In this document: positions 40,764-53,839 of the stretch, piece after piece | How positions within the stretch are numbered: the first letter of the stretch is position 1 | Layout of the letters: each line of letters begins with the position of its first letter | Assembly (NCBI GenBank): GCA_010909165.1 | Contig: MU008181.1 | Span: forward strand, 744,001 to 808,000 | DNA from: Anthoceros angustus | Lineage: Eukaryota; Plantae; Anthocerotophyta | Reading direction: 5' to 3' | Length of the DNA stretch: 64,000 nucleotides | The notes under the pieces: generated by a model | The model's database searches: none | What the model was told of the DNA's origin: nothing | Seen by the model: the letters and a program-made list of their open reading frames with translations, nothing else | Made by a program: the position numbers and the translations under genes

Positions 40764-42230
40764 ATGGGTGTGGAGGTAGACTCACCGAGAAGCAAAGTCT
40801 GTGTGACCGGAGCGTCTGGCTTCGTAGCCTCATGGCTTGTCAAGCGACTCCTTGAGAAAGGGTATTCCGTCCGTGCCACAGTCCGGGATCCTGGTACTAC
40901 TATCTTGCCTCATGGATTTCCTTTCCACAGACATGCTACCGCCATGGCCAGCAATGTCACTCATTTTCAAGGTTCGTCATCTGCAGAGAACGAGGCCAAG
41001 ACTGCTTACCTTCGAAAGCTTCCGGGAGCAGCCGAACGATTGGAGCTGGTGGGTGCAGACCTTCTTGAAGATGGAAGCTTCGATGCAGCTTTGCAAGGCT
41101 GCGAAGGTGTCTTCCACACTGCTTCTCCCGTGGTCACCATTCGCTCCGACCCGCAGGTGAGCTGAAGTCCAGAACACCTTCGATCTTGTCGTCCTTCCAC
41201 TCTCCTCTGCTCCACTTCCTCACTCCTGGGCTTCGTGGTAGACCGAGATGATCGATCCAGCAGTGAAGGGCACCTTGAACGTCCTCAAGTCATGCACTCG
41301 CACCCATTCCATCAAGCGAATTGTCATGACATCCTCTTCATCTACCGTGAGGTTCAACGACACCTACAAATCTTACATTCCCATCGACGAATCAAGCTGG
41401 AGCTCAGAAAAATACTGCCGCCAATACAGGGTACAACCCACACCAAAATCTACCCAACGCCATTTCTCTCCCCTACACACCAGCTGAACCCCAACGGACT
41501 GCAGATCTGGTACGCCCTGGCCAAAACCCTGGCGGAAAAAGCAGCCTGGGAGTTCGCCAAGAAGCACGGACTGGACCTCGTCGTGATCCTGCCCAGCTTC
41601 GTCATCGGCCCGGTCCTGCCCCGGGAGCTCTCCTACACGGCCACAGACACGCTAGCTCTTCTGAAAGGTGCACACCCACCCTCTCCACCACTCCTCGGAG
41701 GCCCTTCTCTCGCCTGACCTCCTCCTAATCTCCATCTCCGCCCGCATGCAGGAGAAACCAGCAAATTCGCCTTGTTTGGCAGACTGGGGTACGTGCACCT
41801 GGACGACGTTGCCACGGCGCACATCCTGGCATACGAGAATCCCCACGCTGAAGGCCGCTACATCTGCTCATCCAGGGAACTGGAAAACCACGAGCTGGGA
41901 GAATTTCTTGCAAATCGGTATCCCTCCCTCAACATCCCTACCGAGTGAGTCACCGTCTCTTCCCCAAGATAACATAAACAATCCGCACCTCAAACCGTAC
42001 CTACCAACGGCTAAGGCTTCTGTGGGTTGTGTGCCGCAATGGCCTGCTGCAGATTTCCAAATTCCTCCCGAGTTCGTCGTTACGTCTTCGACTGCAGCAA
42101 GCTCCATAAGCTCGGGCTCCGATTCAAGGATCTCGGTGAGATGTTTGATGACGCGGTGGCCAACTTCCAGGAGAGGGGCCTTCTCTACGCACAGGATGAA
42201 CATAACGGGGTAATGGCATGCTGTGGCTGA
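40764..42230 (+). CDS. TKPR1: Tetraketide alpha-pyrone reductase 1-like (DFR/CCR-family SDR)
   Basis: [67 protein letters not shown]; about six exons with GT-AG introns. Closest recalled match is TKPR1/DRL1. Confidence 0.8.
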
Positions 42231-42459
42231 GCGTTTGAAGATGGTATGAATGTTGTAATCATGTTCCTTTCCTGTTCTGCAGTTTCTGTGCTGAACGACT
42301 GAACAATAGCGACTCTTCACAATTAGAGACAGTGTTGAGTGTGGCTTCACATATGCACTTGCTCATGATAAGGATGACAAGTGCCTATGATGATCAGTTG
42401 TGGCTGCACAAGCTTGATAAGCTTCACACAATGTGGCTTCACACATTGCCTCATCAAGT

Positions 42460-43745
42460 GTAAGACTCTTGGGATGTTTCAAGATGGAATGAATAGCCTC
42501 TTGGTTTCTAGCCACTTGGCAATGCCGTCCTATACTCTCCAACCTGAATGTCATGACCCTAGATCCCAATTTTGTATGAGCTCCGTTTTCTCATCCTATT
42601 CTGAGGAACATGGTGCTATGATGCCTTGAACTGAACTCACCAGACCAAAGTCTTCCATGCGGCGTGTCGCAGCATAAGTACGCTCAGCTGTAGGCTGGAG
42701 CTCCTCCGTCATTGCTCCTTTCTCACTCCATGCAATATTTCGTGATATAATAGTTGCAAACGGATCACAGTAGCAGGCAGATTCTGAGCTGTAGCTGGGC
42801 TGAAGCAAAGTGGCAAGTTCAAAGTGCAGTGAGGAACATATAGTGAGGCCTATGTCTGAGTGGAGGAGCCAAGGTTTGCTAGTCGTGCATAAGCCCCATT
42901 AGGCTTGGACATCAATTCTTGATGTCGTTGCTTCACCACCGCAATGAGATCTGCATCCTGAACGGTTGAGAGCCGATGGGCTATCATGATAGTGGTCCGA
43001 TCCATAGCCACACGCTCCAAGGCATCTTGCACCACCCTCTCTGACCCTGCATCCAGTGCACTTGTTGCTTCAACCAGCAACAACCCTTGGGATTCTTTAT
43101 GATCGCTCTAGCGATTGCGATGCGTTGCTTCTGGCCACCTGAGAGCTGAGTACCCTTCTCTCCAACCATCATGTTGTATCCATCTGGAAGGTCTGAGAAA
43201 AATTTGTGGGCATTGGAACAACAGCAGGGCTTGGTGAGTCAAGAGCCTGTTGTCTTCAATCAGAGCCAATATAATCTATGGACGGCATTGGGCCTGACGT
43301 TTCTCAAGAAAAGGTTGAAGCAGCTGCCAGAGCCTTTTCAACTGTAGCTCCTTGATATCAATGTTGTCCAATAAGATCAGACCAGCATCTGGGTCGTAGA
43401 ACCTCTCCAAGAGGGATATCGCGGTTGATTTACCACAGCCCCTCTCGTTGGAGAGAGGCACAGTCTCCTAGCAAACAACAATTTGATCAACCTCCATCAA
43501 ATGTATTGCAAAACCTGAAATACCTACTACAGCACAGAGACAAAGGAATGTAGGCACGCCTCATACCTGTCCTGATGGTGTGGACACGGAGAAGTTTTGA
43601 AAGATGAGAACATCAGGCCTCAACGGAAATCTCAATGGCACATCCCTGAACTCAACATCTCATATCTTTCACGGATGGCAGAGTCTTTCCGTCCATCTGG
43701 GATGAGTCGATCTTCGACTTTACATCCAGAAGTTCGAATATAGAA
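42460..43745 (-). pseudogene. Partial duplicate of the ABCB 3' end (NBD2 plus 3' flank) with deletions and an inversion
   Basis: Colinear with about 33170-34410, including the intron and about 300 bp of downstream flank. Frameshifted; 43219-43333 is inverted relative to 33877-34010. Confidence 0.9.
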
Positions 43746-44610
43746 TCAACGCTGAAACCTGCACCAAGATAGCATGACAAACCCAAACGTTAACGGGCAC
43801 CCAACATTCCTGTGTGGATGCTCTATCTCGTGCTCCATTTCCGATGGGTTTCGCGGGTGCCATTGAGCAGCTTTCCGCCCCACCCCCCAGGCAGGGTGAA
43901 AGGAATTGGCATTTGAAGGCGGAAGCAGAATGTTGTACCGTGGGAAGGGCCTGGCACTGATGGACATACATGAAAGTGATGGTGCATCACATGCTGCTCA
44001 AATTCAGGTGCGTCGCCACTGTTCCGCAAGACCCGAGCCTGTGCTGTTCAGGAAATTAGACGTAATTTAAGATGGAATAAGATGCTGCGGAGATGTGAGC
44101 TAGGCCTGATTCAAGCTCGCCTAGAAATGTTTTACAGATGTTTCAGATTTGCTTAGTCTGCAAGGCCTGCCTTTCTTACTGCCCCGACCGGAAACCCGCT
44201 CGCAGTTTCCTAGGCATCGCGGAACCTGTGGTTGCAACATGTGGTTTCAGATTTGCTTAGTCTGCTTGGTGAGGAGAGGCACTGGTTCAGGCTCTCGGCT
44301 ATGGCTGTAGGTCTGCGGGAAGGTCACCATTCGCAGGAAGTGGGTGGAGGGGGACAGAATCAACAGAACGAGGGATATTGTGTTCCCTGGACCGAATTTT
44401 TTTGGGTGCGGTTCTTTCACCTACAGGCAACAGGCAGGGGTGTCCTAAGACCTGGGCAACATACGCCCTTGCGGAGGTGTTGCGTCACCGAGATTTTTCT
44501 GTGAATCAGTGGTGGAAGTTTCGAGCCCTCGGAACCTGACATAAATGAGCTCTGAAGCAGCCTGGGAAGGCCTGCCCAAATGTAACGACCTCATCGGCAC
44601 ATAGGGAAGG

Positions 44611-45097
44611 GCCCCTGATGGTAACCCCGGACGAGACTAACATGAGCTAGTGCTCGGAAATCCCCAAGACATTGACAACAGGAAGAAGCTCATCAAGCTG
44701 CTCGCGTTCTGGACATATTCCTCTGAATACCATTGATGTACCTCACTTCAAGCAATCACCTCAACAACACCTTGTGCCCCTGATGGTAACCCTTGACGAG
44801 CCCAACACGAGCTAGTGCTAGGACATCCCCACCACAGTGACAACAGGAAGCTGCTCGCGTTCTCAAAATTCCTCAAAATACCTCTGAGATACCTCACTTC
44901 AAGCCATCACCTTGACAACAGCTTGTGCCCCTGATGGTAACCCTTGACGAGCCTAACACGAGCTACTGCTAGGATATCCCCACGACATTGACAACAGGAA
45001 GAAGCTCATCAAGCTGCTCGCGTTCTGGACATATCTCGTCCTCTGAATACCATTGAGATACCTGACTTCAAGTAATCACCTCAACAACAGCTTGTGC
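44611..45097. repeat. About 165-bp tandem repeat, 3 diverged copies
   Basis: GCCCCTGATGGTAACC starts at 44611, 44776 and 44927. GACAACAGGAAG and GCTGCTCGCGTTCT recur in each copy. Confidence 0.88.
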
Positions 45098-45670
45098 CAC
45101 AACAAACCCCACACCAAATAATGGAAGCACCTCAACTAATGTGACGAGAGAAAATCGAATGCACACAATCGAGTATCCATAAGCAGCGGGAAGAATTGGC
45201 ATCCCAGCATACATGACATGCAAGCCCCTTCCCCCTTTCCTGCACCCTGCCACGCTGGCCCCCTACAGAGAATTGACGACAAATGGTCGGGCAAATCTGT
45301 CTTTTAGTGAAAGACAAAATGGTCCAGCAAATGATAGGGTTCACAGAAAAAGAATTAGTCCCCATGTTCGAGGTAGCAATTGACAAGTTATATGCCTGCA
45401 ACATCTGTTATCCTACTCGTAGCATCCACTAGGTACTCCCGTAACATGTAGCTTCGCAGCCGCCAATTGTACAGACTCATGGACGGGGAACATCAACCAT
45501 TTATTGTAGCTGCCAAAATCGAAGCCAAGATATCCACACTACCCTAACGCCAACTGCCAAGCTTGCCAAACCCTGGGATGCAAGAGGTAACGAGAAAGAT
45601 GCTCACCAGGTGAGACAGAAACGCAGCCAAGCTCTCAGCTCAGCATGGAAATCAATGACGCTGATCCAGC

Positions 45671-46222
45671 CTAGGTAGCAGGCTCCAGCTCCGCTTCGTT
45701 CACCGTGTCCAGCTTCTCATCAGCGCTGAGCTGCGCAGAGATGTTATCAATGGCCGCATTCAGCTGCGCAATCTTCTCCACCAGCGTCTTCCTGGTTTTC
45801 TGATCGGCCGCAGAGAGCGAGGCTTCGTTGTACTCTTCCCTTTCCGCCGTGCGCTCAGATTTCCGGTAATCCTCGAACGTGTCCTCGTCTTCCAGGTACT
45901 TGGCAGCCTTCTTCGGGGCTCCGTTGCGCTCCCTCTCCGCCACTTCCGAGATGGACTTGTTCAGCTGCGGCGCGATGAGGTAGCCGAGAGCTCCGAACAC
46001 CACTCCCCCGAGCACGAAGCCGGCAAAGAAGTCGCTCCCCCCGCCTCCTCTCCTGTACTCTGCCTGCACCACGGCTCGATGTGCGGCCATGACTGCAGGC
46101 ATTGGCTGCGCCAGGCCAATTCTCGCCAGCGGCACCTGCGGCCGATGCTGCGGGGAATTGAGGGATGCCGGCCATTGAGCGGCCCGTGTGGACACCGCGG
46201 TGCTCACAGCTGCGGCGGCCAT
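45671..46222 (-). CDS. Plastid membrane protein with a YtxH-like TM/coiled-coil region (Arabidopsis At1g42960/At5g16660 type, from recall), single exon
   Basis: Transit-peptide-like N-terminus, DFFAGFVLGGVVFGALGYLIAPQ, KTRKTLVEKIAQLNAAIDNIS. Confidence 0.85.
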   Translation of the reverse strand: MAAAAVSTAVSTRAAQWPASLNSPQHRPQVPLARIGLAQPMPAVMAAHRAVVQAEYRRGGGGSDFFAGFVLGGVVFGALGYLIAPQLNKSISEVAERERNGAPKKAAKYLEDEDTFEDYRKSERTAEREEYNEASLSAADQKTRKTLVEKIAQLNAAIDNISAQLSADEKLDTVNEAELEPAT

Positions 46223-46690
46223 GGCGGATGGAGTGTGAAAGCCTGTCGATCAGGAAGCGAGACGGGCAAGGTGTGGCGGAGAGTAAGCTAAGATACAGGA
46301 TCTTGGTTTCAGATGCATGCAGCTCAGAGGTAGCTAGCTGGTGCTGGTGGGAAGCAGGAGAGCGGACGGCGTTGGGATCGACTGCCTGGACTGTCCCATT
46401 TGTCCCTATCTTCCAACGGAAACAGCAATGTTACACGCACACGCCAAAAACCTAAGCATTGGCCAAGTGGACCATCCTAACTTTAACTTGCACCTTCAGC
46501 TACACCATTTCCTCTCCACTATGGGTAGTTTTTCTCTACCCAGAATCCTAAATTTATGGTATAAAGATTTATATTTACCAATAGTGCCCGTTCATAATCC
46601 ACAAAAAGGGATGGGAAACTGTAAGTCTTATGCCAAAAATTTGTGCACAAGCTGGGTTCAAAAGTATTCCATAGACATAATAGCGAGAGT

Positions 46691-46828
46691 ATAAGATTTG
46701 AGTGGTGCTTCATAAACACAACAGTTGAGAGCATAAAATTTGAGCGGTGCTCCATAAACTCAACGGCCGAGAACATAAGATTTGAGTGGTGCTCCATATA
46801 CACAACAGCTTAGAACATAAGATTTGAG
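46691..46828. repeat. 42-bp tandem repeat, about 3.3 copies
   Basis: ATAA(G/A)ATTTGAG(T/C)GGTGCT(T/C)CATA...GAAC units at 46691, 46733, 46775 and 46817. Confidence 0.9.
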
Positions 46829-47195
46829 AGATTCAAACGACGAGAGGAATCGAGAGCGGGTATCACTGGGAGTTACTATTCTACTTGTAATACAACAGAC
46901 CAGATAGCCCAAGTTGTGGAACTTATATTAGGCATTGAAGAACTCTCTTGGAATTGCCTAGCTCTTGGAATGATTATTCTTCTTGTAATACAAGAGACCA
47001 AGCAATCGAAGTTGTGGAACTTACATTATGGCATTGAAGGATTCTCTTGGAATTGTCTGGGCAATAGGTGGATTTTAGGAATTGCTAGCGTCCATACGAG
47101 TGGGACCACCCAATTTTAAAGTTAAAAAAGTAATATATCTCTCGTTTATTCCATAGATAAATGGCTTGATGTTTCATGAACGTCAAATCGTGAAA

Positions 47196-47350
47196 CATCA
47201 AATATCTTTCTTCTACAATTGGGGGCAAGTCCGGTTATAATTAGTTAACCATTGTGCAATACATATTGCATGAAAAATGTGAAGGCATGCATTTATCTTA
47301 ATGACTTGATCATTTTTTTTACTGGATCGAACAAATGCTGTAAGTTGTAG
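47196..47350 (-). pseudogene. Broken copy of the neighbouring RING-H2 ORF
   Basis: Translates to ...VIKINACLHIFHAICIAQWLTNYNRTCP.. with a stop and frameshift. Part of a block (about 47190-47830) duplicated at about 48390-49080. Confidence 0.8.
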
Positions 47351-48322
47351 GATCTTTGTTATCGCCAAGAGCATCATAATAATTGTTGTCATGTTTTCCC
47401 GTCAAGTCAAATCGTTAGTATCCAAAGGCCCAAGAGCATCATAATAATTGTTGTCACATTTTCTCGTGAAATCAAATCGTTAGTATCCAAAGGCAATTGT
47501 AGCTCGATTGATGTCAATCATACTAAATCCAATTTGATAATGATAATGATAATAAAAAGTAAGATGGTTGGAAGATATCTAATACTTTGGTGGATCAGGC
47601 AAATATAAAATCACTAATGCTTATGAGTAGAAGCTATCGAGTTTTCAAGGCCTCAAGGTGAGTTTCGTTGTTACGCTCATGGGCGGAATATGTTGAGTTT
47701 TCAAGGCCCAAAGTGATATTCGAAAAATAGAAGAATTTTCGAGACCCAAGGTAGTTTTCTTAGGGAGATTTTGAGGTAAAAGTAAGTGATTTTGGGTCCA
47801 AAATTTTGTTTTTACATTGAATTTGTTATACAAGCAAAAGCTTCACTATGCTACACCACTCCAACCCATATTGCGTTATGCACAAGCTGCTACTTGAGCT
47901 GACTTGATAAACGAGCAAGGGGCAAGACGCAATGAAGGCTTAAAAAAAGGGGCCAGAGACGGTGCACAACAACACTGGCACTCTATGGTCTCTTGGAGCA
48001 AGTACAAGTACATTTATTACATTGCTATACACTGAAAACCTTGTTGCTACATCAAACTAACTTGTTTTGCAATTATGTCCTTGGAAACGCTCTCCTCCTA
48101 CACCAATGGCTTTAGAATTTGCTGGCTGACAAACTCTCCTCATGCACCAATGCCTTTAGAATTTGCCTGCTCTATTCTCTTTAGTTCCATATTCTATTCC
48201 TACTTATGCCTACGAACCTTGAACATAGAGGCTCTTTGAATTGGTTGTACATTAGACTTCCTAGCTAATGGCAGATTTACTATGATTTTACAATGATTAT
48301 AATATAAGCCAATTGAAGATAG

Positions 48323-48625
48323 TTAATTATGAATACTGGATAGCCGCGGGAAATATAAAGTGCTAGGCGTTTCATGCTCATTATTCTCATGGTCATCAAA
48401 TATCTTTCCTCTACAATTAGGGCAAGTTCGAGTACAATTATCTAACCATGGTGTAATACATGTTGCATGAAAAATGTGCAAGCACGTATTTATCTTAATA
48501 ATTTCTTGATCTTTTTCAATAAGATCCAAGCAAATGCTGCAAGTTATACACTCATGGGTATGGTCTTGGCCATCATATATGATTTTTGTTATGCTTGCTT
48601 GTTGAGTCAAATCGTTCCTATCCAT
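48323..48625 (-). CDS. Small intronless RING-H2 (C3H2C3) protein in an AT-rich block
   Basis: CSIC...CLHIFHATC..WL....TCPNC; ATG at 48625; about 100 aa. Confidence 0.7.
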   Translation of the reverse strand: MDRNDLTQQASITKIIYDGQDHTHECITCSICLDLIEKDQEIIKINTCLHIFHATCITPWLDNCTRTCPNCRGKIFDDHENNEHETPSTLYFPRLSSIHN

Positions 48626-50671
48626 AGTCAATTGTAAATATGTGAAGGATAAAATGGTTGGAAGATATCTAATACTTTGGTGGACTAGGCATATATAGAA
48701 TCACTAATGCTCATGAGTGGAAGATATTCAAGGCCATGAGGTAAGATTCCTTATTATGTGAAGGATAAAATGGTTGGAAGATATCTAATACTTTGGTGGA
48801 CTAGGCATATATAGAATCACTAATGCTCATGAGTGGAAGATATTCAAGGCCATGAGGTAAGATTCCTTATTATGGTCATGGATGGAAGATGTCACGTTTT
48901 CAAGGTCCAAGGTGAGTTATCTTATTACGGAATATTGAGAGTTTTGGAAAGATATAAGAGTTTTCGAGGCCCAAGGTAAATTTTGCTACTGACTCATTGA
49001 CATGATTGACATGGAGTTGTTAGGGTAAGAGTAAGTGATTTTGGGTCCAAAATTTTGCATCAACAGCATATTTGACATGTCAGAAAAAACTCAAGTTTTC
49101 TTATTATGAAATATTGAGATTTTTTGGAAGCATATAAGGGTTTTCGAGGCCCAAGGTGATTTTCCTATAGACTCATTAACATGATTGACATGGAGTTGTT
49201 AGGGCAAGAGTAAGTGGTTTTGGGTTCAAAATTTTGTATCCATAGCAAATTTGAAATGTCCGCAAAAGCTCCATAGATATAATGATTTATTTTAAAAAAA
49301 ATTGGATGCGAAAAGCTTTTCATAGGTTAGAGGTATAGATCAATCATATGTCAAATCATTACGTTTTTATAACAGTTTTTAAAGTCTCAGAACTGCATGA
49401 TAAACAATACATTTTTTGTAGAGTATTAGCAGATCGTCGTGTACATAAAGTTCTAACTACCTACAATTAGAAATACTATAATATATTTTCTATGTACCCA
49501 AAAAATAAATATTGTTGTAAATGTTTTGCTCTTATGGGGAGAAGAAAAGGTCAATGGATTGTCACACACAAATTTAGATAATGAGATCGATTTAATGACG
49601 ACATTCAACAAAGAAATTTAGACCATGGTATAAATTCCATAAGTGACATACAAAATTAGACCATGAGATAGACTCATATGTCGGACAACAATGATCTTGG
49701 AAGCATAAGAATGTTTGTTGCTTAGAAGCATCAAAACATACTTAATGAGGTGGAGAGTGATCACGAAGAACCACCAAGTTGTGCGTACAAGGTTTGATGG
49801 ACATGACTCTGCTAATCATATTCATGGTCAAGTGGCTTAGGGGGCTTGTCCAAGTGGTAAGAATTATTTTAGGAAATCCCAAGTTAAAGGACCGCTTAGT
49901 GGAAGAGTTTTGGGATGGGGAGGAAGTGTTTTTAAGCCGTCTCTTCAATCTCTTCAAGGGGAGCTTGTGCTTGGTGTTTGCCCTGTCTAGGGATGACTGG
50001 ACAAGACCTCCACAAAGGTTGTAGAAAATATAGAACTTTTTTGTTGGAGTGGGCACTGGAGAAGCTCACAAGAGCGTTGTTATGGAGCAAAACTAGTTGT
50101 GCATCAGAAGGCCCAACTAACAGAGTAAAGGTTGAAGAGCAACATCAACCTCACGGAGTTAAAAAAATATAAACGAGACATAGCAAAAAATGGTTAAATC
50201 TCGAGCTCAAACCTAAACCTCTTCATAAGAAATGCTATTCAACCAATATAGGTCATCTTTTGCTGAAGAATTCACACCAGGAAGTTCGTTACATGATAAA
50301 TTTTCCTTAATTGAATACTTGATTTTTTCTTAGAAACAATTAATACACTAATTAAGTTTTTTTAACTGGTTTATAAAGAAACATATGATATAATTAAGAT
50401 ATCTGATAATTATTAAAAAATTTATCTAACCGATGGAATACTAAATATGTAAGTATAGCAGGAGTTAGGTGATTATTTCGGTGCATAATTGCATACATGA
50501 GAAAGTCTACGGAGAAAAACTTGCGAAGGGGTACCAGTTGGGCGAGGATTCGTCGCAACGGGTTGCGACAAAACGGAAGGGGGCTCGAACTGGACTTTGT
50601 CGCTGAGCAACCAGGGATGGCCGGAATCCATGCCAGCGGCTCTGACCCGCAACTGATCCTGGGGCGGTTGA

Positions 50672-52069
<1,398 letters not shown>

Positions 52070-52586
52070 GTTTTCTTTCTTCTAAAGGTGACTGGATTTG
52101 ATGCTGGAGTGGCCAAATTTTCCTTCTCTCTCCAGCTGGATTCATCAATTCATCCTCACTTCCTTCCTCTTCAAGAGCCTGCTGTTGCTGTTGCTGTTCC
52201 TGCTGCTGCTGCTGCAATTCAGTCAGTCAGGAGTAGTAGGGGTGCTGCAATTCAGTCAGTTAGTAGCAGTAGTAGGGGTAGTACGAGGTAGCATATGCTG
52301 TGATTTATTACTGCTAGGTATGGCGGTCTTGGAATGTTGCTGTAGCCTGTAAATTACACTAACCAAACTAAGGAGAGTGGCAACAACATGGCCTGCCCAC
52401 CTTGTTGCACAAATTGCTGCAACTTGGTGTCATCGGGGTTACAACTTACGTACTCGGATGTTTGAGCAAGAGGTTTGCCCTCCAATTCTTCTTTTTTCCC
52501 TTAATGATTCTTTTGATTGGAAATACCGAGTTGGTATTGCGGACTTCAGCATTGTGTTGTTGTTGCCCCGAATTATGTGAGCCATC

Positions 52587-53183
52587 TCACTTACCGAAGC
52601 CCTTCTTGATCCAGTCGAGAGTGGCGTCGTTGATCTTGAGGTCGGCGGTGAGGACGTTGTCGGGGATGCCGGAGGCGAAGAGGGTGGCGCCCGCGGCCTG
52701 CAGGCCGGGGTTCTCGCTGTTGAGCACGGCGATGCCCTTGGCGGTGGTGTTCCAGTTGTTCCTCTGGTAGTGCAGCAGGCCCTTGGGGAAGATAAAGATG
52801 TCGCCCTTGTACAGCCGCTTCTTGAAGATGGTGTTGGTGGTGTCCACGAAGCCCACGTCCACGACGCCCTTGATCACGTAGAAGAGCTCGGTTCCCCGGG
52901 GATGCGAGTGCGGGGTGATCTGGGACCTGGGAGCGAACTCGAAGTAGGCGGCAGAGATGCCGAGGCCCCTCAGGCCTGGGAACTGGCCTATGAAGGCGGG
53001 CACGAGGGACACCGCGTTGGGGCCCGGCTTGGGCCGGTTGGATTCCCTGAAGCCTCTGAAGGTGAAGTTGAGGCCGGATGTGGGGTTCACGATGCCGTAG
53101 TCGCCTGGGGGTTGCCACCCTGCCAATGCTTGCACCACGAACGTGGCCAGCATGACGCTCGTCATTCCCATCAGGCCTGCCAT
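52587..53183 (-). CDS. GLP: Germin-like protein (cupin), secreted, single exon
   Basis: Signal-peptide-like N-terminus, box B PHSHPRGTE, box C GDIFIFPKGLLHYQ, NSENPG. Confidence 0.93.
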   Translation of the reverse strand: MAGLMGMTSVMLATFVVQALAGWQPPGDYGIVNPTSGLNFTFRGFRESNRPKPGPNAVSLVPAFIGQFPGLRGLGISAAYFEFAPRSQITPHSHPRGTELFYVIKGVVDVGFVDTTNTIFKKRLYKGDIFIFPKGLLHYQRNNWNTTAKGIAVLNSENPGLQAAGATLFASGIPDNVLTADLKINDATLDWIKKGFGK

Positions 53184-53839
53184 CGCTTGCTTTCTCCTCT
53201 CACAAGAGGTAGCACCGGCAGTGGAAACTGCACAAGCAGCAGCTCTCCCAATAAGGGGGCCAGAGAACTGGAATGGTAGTTAGCCTCCACAACCGTCTTC
53301 CCGCGTCAACTGACTGCCAGGGAAGAAACCGCCATGTTCTCCCTCACCTCTGTTTCCAGTCAAGGCAGACAGGTCGATGGTGCAAAGGATTTATCGACCT
53401 TCTGTTGGCAACAACTGGCCACATTATTAGGTACCTAGTACAATCACGGAGTCCAGCATACGCATACGTTACAATGGTACAAGTCTGAAGGCTCTGGTCT
53501 AAAATCATGGGCAAGGGCGCGAGCTACACAAGTACCCGGCTCAACTACGTTATCTCCAGCGTTCCTAGGGTGGAGAGAGAGCAGCGGCAACCACATCACG
53601 CGTCACAGGAGGCACCCTTCTCATGCTCGGCGCTATTCATGACTCTCTTCGAGGAGTACTGGAACCCTAGTGCAGACCTACCCACTGTCGTCCACCTTCC
53701 AAGCTGTGAACGGGCACATCAAGCCGGTCACCTTCGCCGCTGGCAAGCCTTCAACATGGAAAACTACACGGAGTCGAATTCGTGTGAGCTCGGGATGTGG
53801 TTGGGTCGTGATATGGCTATAGCCCTGACAACCAACCAA

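Noticed and set aside
44611-46828. Tandem repeats (here and at 54-134 and 8908-9041) as CRISPR arrays
   Set aside because: Units are head-to-tail with no unique spacers, there are no cas genes, and the context is eukaryotic.
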